A stretch of 64,000 nt of DNA from Curvularia clavata. Lineage: Eukaryota. The position numbers and the translations under genes are program-made. The notes under the pieces are model-generated. The model was not told the DNA's origin and did not search any database. It was given only the letters and a program-made list of their open reading frames with translations. The stretch spans positions 5,518,001 through 5,582,000 of the forward strand of contig CP089275.1 of the NCBI GenBank assembly GCA_023920165.1, given 5' to 3'. This document shows positions 1 to 10,401 of the stretch, piece by piece (positions within the stretch are counted from its first letter, which is position 1; each line of letters begins with the position of its first letter).

Positions 1-731
1 CCGGCGTCAAGATCCCCTACCTAACCATGGCCGGTTCCACATACTTTGGCCTCCGCTTCTCAGGAACCAAGGACCTGACCCTCGGCACCATCAACTTCAA
101 CCTCAAGGACGGCATGGGCATCCGCTTCGACCGCGACCGCGCCGCAAACACAAATGTCAAAATTGGAACCGTGACTTGCAACGGCGGCACCTCTCACTGC
201 ATTGAGACATGGAACATCGACCGTCTAGACATCGGCACCGTCATTGGCAAGAACGTCGGCGAATGTGGTCTCCTGCTGCAGAAAGTCACAAACGCCAAAG
301 TCGGCACCGTTGATTGCGACAATTGCGGCGCTGGAACGGGTTACGCTGCCCTTCGTTTTGCCAACGAAGCAGGCAAGCTCAACGGCGCATACAACACTAA
401 CATCTACGTCACCCGTGTCAAGGCTAGGGGAGGCGGCCGCGGCATCTTTTGCGTCTCGGCGTCGGGCGGTGCGGAGATTGGCACCATTGATGTTGCGAAT
501 ACGGGAAATAACGCCATTTTGCTTGAAAACTGCTACAATGTGAACATCAAGGCGGGCACGGTTAGTGGTGGCGGCGAGGTGCGTCTCGCGGCGAGGACGG
601 AGTTTGCGAATAGTAAGGACATTGCGATCTCGCTGCGTGTGGATGGCACGACGGTGAGGGAGAGCCCTTGCACGGCGAATAAGACGAAGTGGAATTTGTC
701 AGGCAATGGTGCACGCACTATTTGTACATAA
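1..731 (+). CDS. Right-handed parallel beta-helix (pectin-lyase-like fold) protein, 5' end outside window
   Basis: Frame is open from the window edge (GVKIPYLTMAGSTYFG...) to TAA at 729-731. Repeating ~23-aa G/N/T/I/V-rich units (IGTVTCNGG, IGTVIGKNVGECGLLL, VGTVDCDNCG, IGTIDVANTGNNAILLEN) are typical of beta-helix rungs. Function is not assignable. Confidence 0.7.
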   Translation, partial: GVKIPYLTMAGSTYFGLRFSGTKDLTLGTINFNLKDGMGIRFDRDRAANTNVKIGTVTCNGGTSHCIETWNIDRLDIGTVIGKNVGECGLLLQKVTNAKVGTVDCDNCGAGTGYAALRFANEAGKLNGAYNTNIYVTRVKARGGGRGIFCVSASGGAEIGTIDVANTGNNAILLENCYNVNIKAGTVSGGGEVRLAARTEFANSKDIAISLRVDGTTVRESPCTANKTKWNLSGNGARTICT

Positions 732-945
732 AGGGGTGGAGAGAATCTATTGAGCAGTATTTTGAGCTTTGCTTGTAGATATGAGATTTTGATTCGTGTA
801 GATATTGACAATTTGTTCTGGACACAAAAGTCTTTGGCTGGCAAAATGATTCTGCAAAATGTCTGATTCCAAGTTCAGTCGGTGGATCGGAATCAGTGAA
901 TTTGACGGAATGCGGATTGAACTATACATATAAGTAGATCATGGT

Positions 946-3900
946 CTATATCTTGTCCCAAATCATCACACCCTCCTTCTGCATCTTTTCATACCACGCC
1001 TTCACATATGGCAGCCCGACATGCGGTCCATATGCCTTCTTCTCCCACTGCGGCGTGGGTGGCTTGAGTCCAGTCTCCGCCTCACATCTGCGCATTATCT
1101 CGCTCAGCGTGCCTCCACGGTCAATCGTACCACGCGTGCTGTAGCCCGTCTTTGCACGCTCCTTGTGTTGCGTTTCACGAAGGCGCACGGTGGCGGCTTC
1201 ATCAACGGCGAAAGTCTTCGGATCGACAATAACGCCGTAATTAGCCTTGGCACCTTCAACAGTGACCAGCCGGCGGCGAACCTCCTTGGCAACTTGCTCC
1301 TGAGGGCGTGTCAGCGGGTCGCCAAGGCCTCCGCCGCCCCAGGTTACCCATTCCAAAACATCGCCTGAGAACTGTCAGTTGTTGATCGCACTGTAAGATC
1401 TGAAAACTGACCTGGATAGACATGTATATAGTCTTGCTTGGAATGACACATCTCGATGTGTTCCTTTTCAGCCTCAGTGCCATAGCTGTTGTTTCGGTAC
1501 AACACCTTTCTTGACCTACTTCCAGGCTTTCCACCATTGACGCCCCACGGGCTGATCAGCCATCTGTCATCATGGATGCTGACGTCTCCCTCACACAAGA
1601 ATCGGTAGATTGTTCTTTGTGCGTTACCACCACGATAGTATCCAGCGCCTCCAGAGTCTGGCAAAGCCTCGTTGGCCTCGATGATAATGGGGAAGTAAAG
1701 CTCAATGCTCTCAGAAGGAATCGACTTGATAGCTGGGAACAGGCAGTGGCAGTCGGGTCCGTCGCCAATAGGTCGCGCAGGGACACCGCCGAAACCAATC
1801 TGGTACATCAAGAAGAATTCACCTTCGGGATCAAAGCCAGAGTAAAAGAGATGGGGAGAGTCTGAGAAACCGGCAGCAGAGCGATGCTCAGGGTTCTGTT
1901 GTCCAAAGAGCGCTTGAAGGATATCCATCACACGGCCTAAGAGATGTGTTCGGCAACTGACGGCAGCTGGCCGGACGGGACGGAGAACTGTGCCAGTCGG
2001 GATCCTGACATCGAGGAGATCATGGAAGCCATCGTTCACAATCGCGTGGGGATCATAGACGGCCAACAAATGGTAACCGATGAACATCTTGAACATGTTA
2101 ACCGACAGATAGAAGTTCATCGCGGAACTGGATTGCGGTGACGTCCCGTCCCAGTCAAATACCAGTTTGCCATTTTCTTTCCTCATGGAGCAGGATACCG
2201 CATACGGGCCTACGCCTTGACCATCGTCGTCAATAAAGTCTGTGAAACTTGATGGCTGGGAGCTAATTTTTTCATCAATAATTGTCTTGATGGCTGCCCT
2301 GTTTTGCACTAATAATGATTCGATAGCGGCTTCGTATACTTCTGGAGTGTACCGGTCGCAAAGCTCGACGACGCGAGTAGCGGCTGTACGGCAGGCAGTG
2401 ACAAGAGCCATGAGGTCACTTTGGAACCAATCTGGTGCGCGAGAATTACGGAATAGTACTGCTGCAAGGCTTTCGTTGTACACGCCTTTTGCGAAGAGCT
2501 TAACAATCGGGATCTGTAGGCCATCCTCATAGATTGTACCAGCATTGATACTCATGGATCCTGGGACCTTGGCTTGAACATCAGTCAGATGCCCGAAGTT
2601 GGCAGCCCAACCGATAAGCCGATGCTCGTAGTAAATGGGTAGTAGTGCTACCACGTCATTAAGATGCGAGACAGCACCGTCGACTTGATAAACATCGTTG
2701 GTGATGAATATGTCGCCCTCTTCAATGGTTCCATCCCAGCCGTTCAGAAATTCGGTTATGAAAGATCCGAATTGCCCAACCAGCATTTGACCTCTAGTAT
2801 TGGTGATGACGTTGAACTCATCCTGTTGCTCGCGGATAGCTGGGCTCATCGCGCAGCGAAGCATCTACAATACAATTAGCAAACTCTGTTTGTCTAGCAT
2901 ACATGCTTCTTCATCGAGGTTACCCACCAGAGTGTCCATCTCCCTTCGAATAGAGCCAAGCGCAGAAGCAATGAGCGTGGTGATAATGGGATACTCCTTG
3001 ACGAGTTGTTGCGCAGACTCTTTGGTATGCACCACCTTCTCAGATGCCTTCTTTTCTACAGGCCATATGAGGATGTTTCCCATAGAATCTATCTCACCAA
3101 AGTATCCAGGGAGGATAAGAGTATTCGAGTCCATCTCAGAGATGACGGCTGGACCAAAAACCTTCTTTCCAGCACCACCGAGTAGCGCGCGGTCCCAGAA
3201 TGTTGCTTCTACTTGCTTGCCGTCACAGGTAATGCTTTGCTTGGCCATGACAGCGCCATCCCATGGCTCTGAGGTATCGGCTTGCTCGAGAGGCTTCAGG
3301 GTCACTTCTTCAGAAGCATCAACGACTTTGGCACGCAAGCGCATGGTCTCGATCTCAGCATCGGCATTTGAGAAACCAAACTGTTGATGATGCGCTTTAT
3401 TAAACCTATCGCGCAAATTCTCAAGCAGACTGGTTGATCCGTCGAGCTCATGAGATTCCATACCGACGGTAAGCGTCATTGCCTGACCCTTGTATCGCAT
3501 GTCGGCTTGATACAAGACATGGAGTTTAGCAGCATCGTTAGCAAGCGAGGCTTTCATCTTGGTCAAACCGCCCTGTTCGAGTTCATGGAGCGTCTTCTTG
3601 AGCTCTGCCTCTGATATTTGTGAAAAGTTTCGAATATATGTGCAGGTCTGCTCGTAAGACATTTTGGTGATAGCATCACCTTGTGCACATAACACTCCAG
3701 GGGAAGGGGGCACGATGACAGGCCAAGAGCCAAGTAGCTTACCGAGAGCATTGCCATGAAGAGGCCCTGCTCCACCGAGTGCAACAAGTGCAAAGTCTCG
3801 TGGGTCATAGCCTTGTTCCACAGACACCAGACGCAGAGCGCCATGCATGGATTCGTTGACCAGATCGATGATTCCCTCAGCTGCCGACGTCATATTGATG

Positions 3901-5423
3901 CCCATTTGCTTTGCGATTGACTCAACTGCTGCATTGGATGCGGCAACATCGAGTTCGAAACTGCCTCCAAGAAGCTTTGATGGGAGCCTTCCTAGCGCCA
4001 AGTTCGCGTCTGTAACCGTTGCTTGTACTCCACCTTTTCCGTAAGCTGCAGGACCTGGAGTAGCACCACTGGATTCTGGGCCCACGCGAAGACTTTTGGT
4101 AAACTCGTTGTATATCGCAATTGAGCCACCTCCAGCTCCTACAGTGTTTACGTCCACTGATGGTGCGCGCACTGACAGATGACCAATCTGAGTTTCCTGC
4201 CGAATGATGGCGTCGCTCCCCGAGAGGAGAGCGCAGTCAGTACTCGTGCCGCCCATGTCAAAAGTGATGAGGTTTTTGTATGGCGTATTCTTAGTGACTA
4301 AGTGCGAGACGGCCTTGACGCCACCAGCTGGACCACTCATGAGAATACGCACAGGTGATTCGCCTGCTAGCTGAACGGAAGTCAAGTCTCCATCCGACTT
4401 CAGGATGCGAATGATATCGGTATCATTGGCAAGCTTGTCCTGAAGGTTTTGCATGTACTTTTTTACCACAGGCTTGACCATTGCATTAGCAGCGGTTGTG
4501 ACGGTGCGCTCGTATTCTTGAATTTCCGGAAGGACGTCGGTCGACGTGACAATCTCGACGTGCGGGTCGAATTCTTCGTGCAAAATGGACCTGATCCGTT
4601 CTTCATGAGCGCTGTTGGCGAAAGAATTGATAAGCGATACTGCAATTGCTTGAGGCTCCTGTTCCTTCAAACTTTGCAGGTCCTCTCGAAAGCGCTTCTC
4701 ATCTAGCTCACAATAGATGCTACCGTCGATTTTGATGCGCTCCTTGACTTCGACTGTCCGCTCCAAAGGAACGAGCGGTTCGGGTTGATTGTAGTTCATC
4801 CAGGCTCCGAGTCCACCGGGAATATGGCTACGCCTGACAGCCAGAAGGTCTTTGTGGCCCTTGGTGACGACCACGCCGCATCTTGCGCCTTTGCCTTCGA
4901 GGACAGCATTGGTGGCGGTAGTGGTGCCGTGGTGTATGTATTCGAACTTGCCTTCCCAGTTGTATATGTCTTTCAATATCTTACGGGCTTGCTGCACACC
5001 CTCCTGCACGCCGATGGACTGATCGTGAACATTCGTTGGAACCTTTGTGCGGATAGCCTCTCCATTTGGGGTAATGACACACACTGGATTGGTTAGGCGA
5101 TGAATACAATTGCTACATGATGAAGTGCATACCGTCGGTAAAAGTCCTGAGCGCGAGTCAGCCGCACGCCATGACTCTTATGCCGTGCTGGGGGGCACTT
5201 GAAAGGAGGGGTAGGGGATTGGAGCTGTAGCTGTCTGACACACGGTATCCTCGGCACCGCCACAGCACCCACAGCAGATGCAACCCCAGCAGTGGTAAAG
5301 AATAACTGCTGAGCCTGCTGTGACTGTTGAAACTTTGCAGGTGCGAGCCAGTGCAGCAAATTTGGGACGACACTCTACTCACCCTCCAACGTCAACACCT
5401 AGCCTATATCCAGGGACAGCCAT
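946..5423 (-). CDS. Hydantoinase/oxoprolinase family protein (fused A + B subunits, 5-oxoprolinase-like)
   Basis: Exons 5383-5423, 5133-5146, 2928-5083, 1412-2864, 946-1364, all with GT/AG ends. Spliced N-terminus MAVPGYRLGVDVGGTFTDVCV. Motifs HGTTTATNAVLE, SGPAGG, DMGGTSTD, GAGGGSIA, GPESSGATPGPAAYG, TVTDANL (A domain) and SHLND, GHLTD, DSGGAGYYRGG, TWGGGGLGDP (B domain). Confidence 0.93.
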
Positions 5424-7540
5424 GCTGTGGTGGCGAGGTCTGAAACCGGGCAGCCGATAGGAAGCTGCAGTTCAGCTATATAAACGTAGGTTGGATTGGA
5501 GATAGGCACTCGATTGGCCCTGCGTCATACTCCAATTATTCTTTTCCGGCACTCGAGAAGAAAAGGGTCGCCAAATCGGGGCCAACGACGGGCAACGGCA
5601 GCTAAGTAGCGATCAAGGCCGCGACTGGTTCCCCTTGCTATCAATGGCCCCACGGCTGCTGATGTCCAATCCCCCAATCGATTGTCCTGGCGCTCCTAAC
5701 ACTACTAGACAGGGCGTTGGCTGGTCCGAGTTGCATGGCATAAACGCAATATTGGCGGTGATCTGTGGCAGATGTTGTGTCTGGTGTGCGGGGTTGGCGA
5801 GCTATGGATTTATTCGGCCATTCGCCGACTTTCGATAAGCCTAGGCAATGAAGCCGTCTTGTTTCTGGCACCTCGGTGCGCTGCGACATTTCCCGTTGTC
5901 GCCCAGTCTGACTGTGCAATATGACGTTAGGGAGCGAGAGGCACATGTGGGTCGCGGTAGTGTGTTCACCGGTTCCGCATGTCTCCGTATCTCAGTGACC
6001 CATTACTCGCCGCCGTCGTTACATAGCTTGGTACGTAGTATCCGCTTTACACAAATTCTGTCTGTACCCCTGTATAGTGCGTGTTATATCCGCCGGGCAG
6101 AATATTAAGACGTGCAATCGTCGCCCTAGTCTTCGTCGTCGGCTTTGTTCGTTGGCCGTGGACGCCGTTTGTTTTCATTTAGTATGCATGTGACCCCGAA
6201 AAAGAAACGCAAGGCCAAAAACAAAGCAAGGGGTCAGTGAGGAGCTTGGAAGAGTTGAAGATGGCGTTGTTACTGTTGTTACAATAGCTTTATCGTGATC
6301 AAGACTAGGGCAGTAGATCCCACGTGTCCTCGACTTATGTTAATCGTAAGAGCAAGCAGAGAGAATAATAGGGTATAATATTGGGGTGGCGGTGAAAGAA
6401 AGAGCACGTGACTTGGTATAGGAGCATCACGGCGAGTAGATGTTGTGTTGTGATCTACAATACCCATTCTCCATATGTGCAGGTTTTGAAGTCGCAAAAC
6501 CTGAGAACGCATGACTCCGGCCAAACTGCTCCCTCGAGAGCGAAGCGGGGCAGCGGGGACCAGCCACCCTGTTGAAAAAATAGCCCGACTCAGCACCAAC
6601 TAAAATTACTGCTTAAACTACTAAGTTGCACAAAGTCTTTACTTTGCAAGCCTGCAGCACTTCTATAAGATAGTAACTCTTGAAGAAAGTTTTTTTTTTT
6701 TTTAAAAAAAAACCCCCCAATTCTTTAAATGTAAGAAGATGAATTTGCTTGAACAAAAAGTACGAAAATAGTATGGAAGAGTAATATTTATTAAAGTAAA
6801 GTCAAAGGCATTTCTGAGGTGCGCTGTTTTTATCAACAGGATGCCAGCCTGCATACAACGCCGGCTGTCTGCCAAGTAGGTCAACCGGGCAAGACTACGG
6901 CTAAATTCATGCAGTAAGGAAAGGAACAATATACGAGGATGGTAAAGTCTTGTCCCTCGTCATCGCAACAGTGTTGATAGGTGCTCCTTAGCCCGAGTAT
7001 ACTCCGCACCTTTATTGGTAAACGTCGGTATTCCAGAAAATCTTAATAAATCGACGCATGCATGGTTATCATCATAGCAAAATAGGAGAAGGTGATGTTC
7101 GTGGGACTAAAATCTCAACCAGAACTTGACGTACCCAGATTCTGTTTCGTCACACTGCTTATCTCAGTCCGCAGTAAGTAACGCCAACTTAGTCGGAAAG
7201 AGTTTGAATCGTCTGCAAAATAGCCGTTGTGAAATTTGGCCCCGCAAATAATGTACGACCAAGCTCAGCTGCGCCCAAGCAATCCCTCAAAGACTCTCTC
7301 CTGTCTCTCTGGTTGCTCCTACCTACTGGCAGTCAATGAGCATCTCATGATTTCAACCTCGATAGATTGGTCTCAAAGTTACTCATATTTCATATCTCAC
7401 GAAGTACAGTGTCGTAACAAATTGGTGGTTGGCATATGAAGATGTCAATTCATATCAGGCGCTACGATCTCCCAGTCTTGCCTTTACCAGGTCTTCATGC
7501 CGACATCATCTTACGGATGCATTTTCTTCATCCTCTCACT

Positions 7541-7956
7541 CTAGCAATTGAGAACGGTGCTACCGCATCCAGTAACAACCTTAGTCACGCCAGCACTAGA
7601 AGCAGAATTACTAGCCGAGCTGCAGTATCGTCCCACATTCTTGCAAGAAACTAGTCAGTGACAGCCATCATATTTGATGATCCAGCTTACGGTGCTGCCC
7701 CTGCAGAACACGACGCAACAGCCGTCTGCAAATCCAGAGCTCCAGATCCACGACCTGACAGTGAAGCCGGGGGAATGGGAACCGTTGGTTGTCTTTGAGC
7801 GCTGTTAGCTGTGCAATACACTCGGGTAGATTCGAATCATGATGAGCTTACGTAGGAACGCTGGGTTCCCTGGTAGTTATTGGCGCTGTACAGGCTGATG
7901 GTGTAGGCAGAAGATGTAGCGGCGAGGGCGCTGACGAGAAGAGCTTGAAGTTGCAT
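7541..7956 (-). CDS. Small secreted cysteine-rich protein (101 aa, 6 Cys), effector/antimicrobial candidate; not in the ORF track
   Basis: Exons 7852-7956, 7691-7792, 7541-7639. Both introns have a GTAAGC donor, a CTAAC/CTGAC branch site and an AAG acceptor, phase 0. Product MQLQALLVSALAATSSA-YTISLYSANNYQGTQRSYTTNGSHSPGFTVRSWIWSSGFADGCCVVFCRGSTNVGRYCSSASNSASSAGVTKVVTGCGSTVLNC*. TATA-like TATATAAG lies about 105 nt upstream. Confidence 0.88.
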
Positions 7957-9257
7957 GATGATTAATCCAAAGATGGAGTTCAACTATTCAAGGTGAAATG
8001 TATCGAGACTATTGGAAAGTGTCGGGGTGGGCTGCACAATATCGAGGGAGCCTCGAAATACTTATATACACAAATTGAGCATTGTTCTGGTCAGGTCATC
8101 CTCTGCGCCATCATATAATCGACGATTCCTCCTCGTTTGGAACTGCTAATTCGAGCGAGACGACGCATTAGACCGGTGAAGCGGAACACAATACACTTTG
8201 GTATGTACTCTTGAAAGCTGAATGTCGAGGTGGTACAACCCCACCTTACCAAGCTTCCTTACTGCAGTTGCATATATCCGGCACATCCAGGTAATAAGTT
8301 AGTCGGCCGGTTGGAACTCTTGTATCTTCACCAAGCACTAACACGATTTGCGAAGAAATGTCTCTTCTGATGACTAATACCCGTTGAAGATAATGCTGAT
8401 CGCATTATGTTTTGCCACCGTCGGAGAGAACGAAAGAAGCGCATTCCTCAATTCTGCTCAAGAAATGGTAACTTTTCATTGCCTAGCGACCGCGGCTTTA
8501 CCCGCTCACACTCCCACAACACTGTTTAACGCTAACCTTTTAGTATAGATCTAGATTTCTTTGTTGGCTTTTTACTCGCCATATCATTTCCATTTGTCAT
8601 AGATTCAGCCTCAGCCAAGAGCAACAGCAGTCCGCTTTACTGTATGTGAGAAGTAGGGGTAGCACCGAATTGTGGTGTGGTTATACAATAGGCAAGATTG
8701 AAGTCGTATTCGCTAACTACTGTACGTTGAATACAGTTTGTGTAACGACAAGAGCTCTAGACCCGGTTCGTTCGTATTTCGGTCCCTTTTCCCGGTAATA
8801 TTTCCTTTGACAGAACAAGATACCGCAGCTCGATACCGTCTGCTAGCATAAAAGAGCTTCTGCAAGAACCAAGAGCGCCCCTAGAGCCCTTTCAGGAGAA
8901 TGGTGTTCTATCTTTTTCTCTTTGTTTAGCTATACTGATCTAGGCAAGTAGCTGGGTAACACCAAACCACTGACGCGAAACAACGCCAACGTGATTCAGA
9001 TCCAAGAAAATCCCTCAAATGTTCGGTATTCCTGCCAAGCCTCTATCCTCAGTCTGTAGCACTGTTGATTTCTACCAGAACGGAGTAAATGTGAGACTGA
9101 AGTAGACTAAAGGCGCTGCTTTGATGTAAGAGAATGAGAAAATATTAACACGCAAAGCTTATAGGATGCATGTTAAAACCCGAAGGTATTGATGCATAGT
9201 TACACAGTTTATTTTGCCTATTGAGACTAGAAAGACACCTGCATCCTCAGCACACCC

Positions 9258-10016
9258 TCATCTCGCAGCCATCATTTCCAAAAACTTGTCACCAAGAGCA
9301 TTCGCCGCCATAGGATTGTCACCTGTGACAAGCTCCCTGTCGACGGTAATGCTGCCCATGCTCTTTGCAATACCCTCCTGCATATCGGCCCCCTCCTCTC
9401 TCAGCGTGCTCTCGACCTTGTCAATCTCGCCCCTGAATATTGTCTCCATCATCTTCTCCTCTGCATCGGACCAGCTCGTCATCTTGTAACCTTTGTACTC
9501 AAAGGTCTTCTTTGGTCCATACTTGGTTGAGAGGAACGCCCACGGTCCATGGCAAATGGCCGCTGTTGGCTTCGACTCGTTATGGAAGTGAGATAGCACG
9601 CGACCCAACTCCGGGTTGTCGCCCAAATCCCTCAAAGGTGCGTGACCACCCGGAATGAATACGCCACTGAAGCTCTTGAGTTCCTCGTCGCTGATCTCTG
9701 AGAATTTCTTTGGCCTTGAAAATCCGTTCTCCTTCTTCATTCGTTCAATTAGGTCCAGCTCGCGCTTCTTCTCATAGTAATTGCCTGCAAAAGCGGCTAG
9801 TGACACGCTAAGAGGGTCCGGTGTAGGCTCTTTGCCTTCAGGCGATGCAAATGTGACTTCGTAGCCTGCATCTAGGATCTTGGCAAGAGGCTTTGCAAGC
9901 TCCATTAGAAAGTAGCCTGAATCTTGCGAGACCGTTTTTCCATCGCTGCCTGTGTTGTATAGAGGAAAAGAGCTAGCGTCGGAGAGTACGATGAGGACCT
10001 TTTTGCTTGACGCCAT
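9258..10016 (-). CDS. DJ-1/PfpI (Hsp31-like, class I glutamine amidotransferase fold) protein, putative glyoxalase III/chaperone
   Basis: Intronless 252-aa ORF with KKVLIVLS, GYFLMEL, FASPEG, GVFIPGGHAPLRDL, catalytic AAICHGP and LVTGDNP. Confidence 0.9.
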   Translation of the reverse strand: MASSKKVLIVLSDASSFPLYNTGSDGKTVSQDSGYFLMELAKPLAKILDAGYEVTFASPEGKEPTPDPLSVSLAAFAGNYYEKKRELDLIERMKKENGFSRPKKFSEISDEELKSFSGVFIPGGHAPLRDLGDNPELGRVLSHFHNESKPTAAICHGPWAFLSTKYGPKKTFEYKGYKMTSWSDAEEKMMETIFRGEIDKVESTLREEGADMQEGIAKSMGSITVDRELVTGDNPMAANALGDKFLEMMAAR

Positions 10017-10401
10017 GATGAATTTTGAGAAATTTGAACAGAATTGGAATTTAGTAGGTAGTTGATGGCTTCAATGGGTATCAATGGTCAGTATCAAAGT
10101 TGAGGGAGTGACTATTTTTGTAGAGTAGTTGATGCTGGCATTGCGTTTCTCATGCGTAGGTCAGTATGACGTAGGCAGATTCCTTCGCGTTATCAACGTC
10201 ATACACGATGCGACAATCCACTTGAGTACCCAATATTCCTCACAGCCCCATATCACATGGTTTTCGGAGGACCTCGGCATGAATAGCAATTTGGTGTTGC
10301 GTATGATGAGCATGCTCACGAAAAAAGCGAATGACTCGTAGGAAGTATTTCCTACAGACTTCCATTCGGTTTCTTCGCTACAAAATAGAGCATTACTACT
10401 T

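Noticed and set aside
5147..5382. TPP riboswitch or snoRNA in the long introns (here, near 38117-38319 and 32534-32704)
   Set aside because: I saw no TPP aptamer core and no convincing C/D box pair with terminal stem. An Rfam scan would be needed to exclude them formally.
6800..7430. Possible pseudogene or transposon relic
   Set aside because: The frames I translated are interrupted by stops, and I recognised no transposase, RT or other domain motif.
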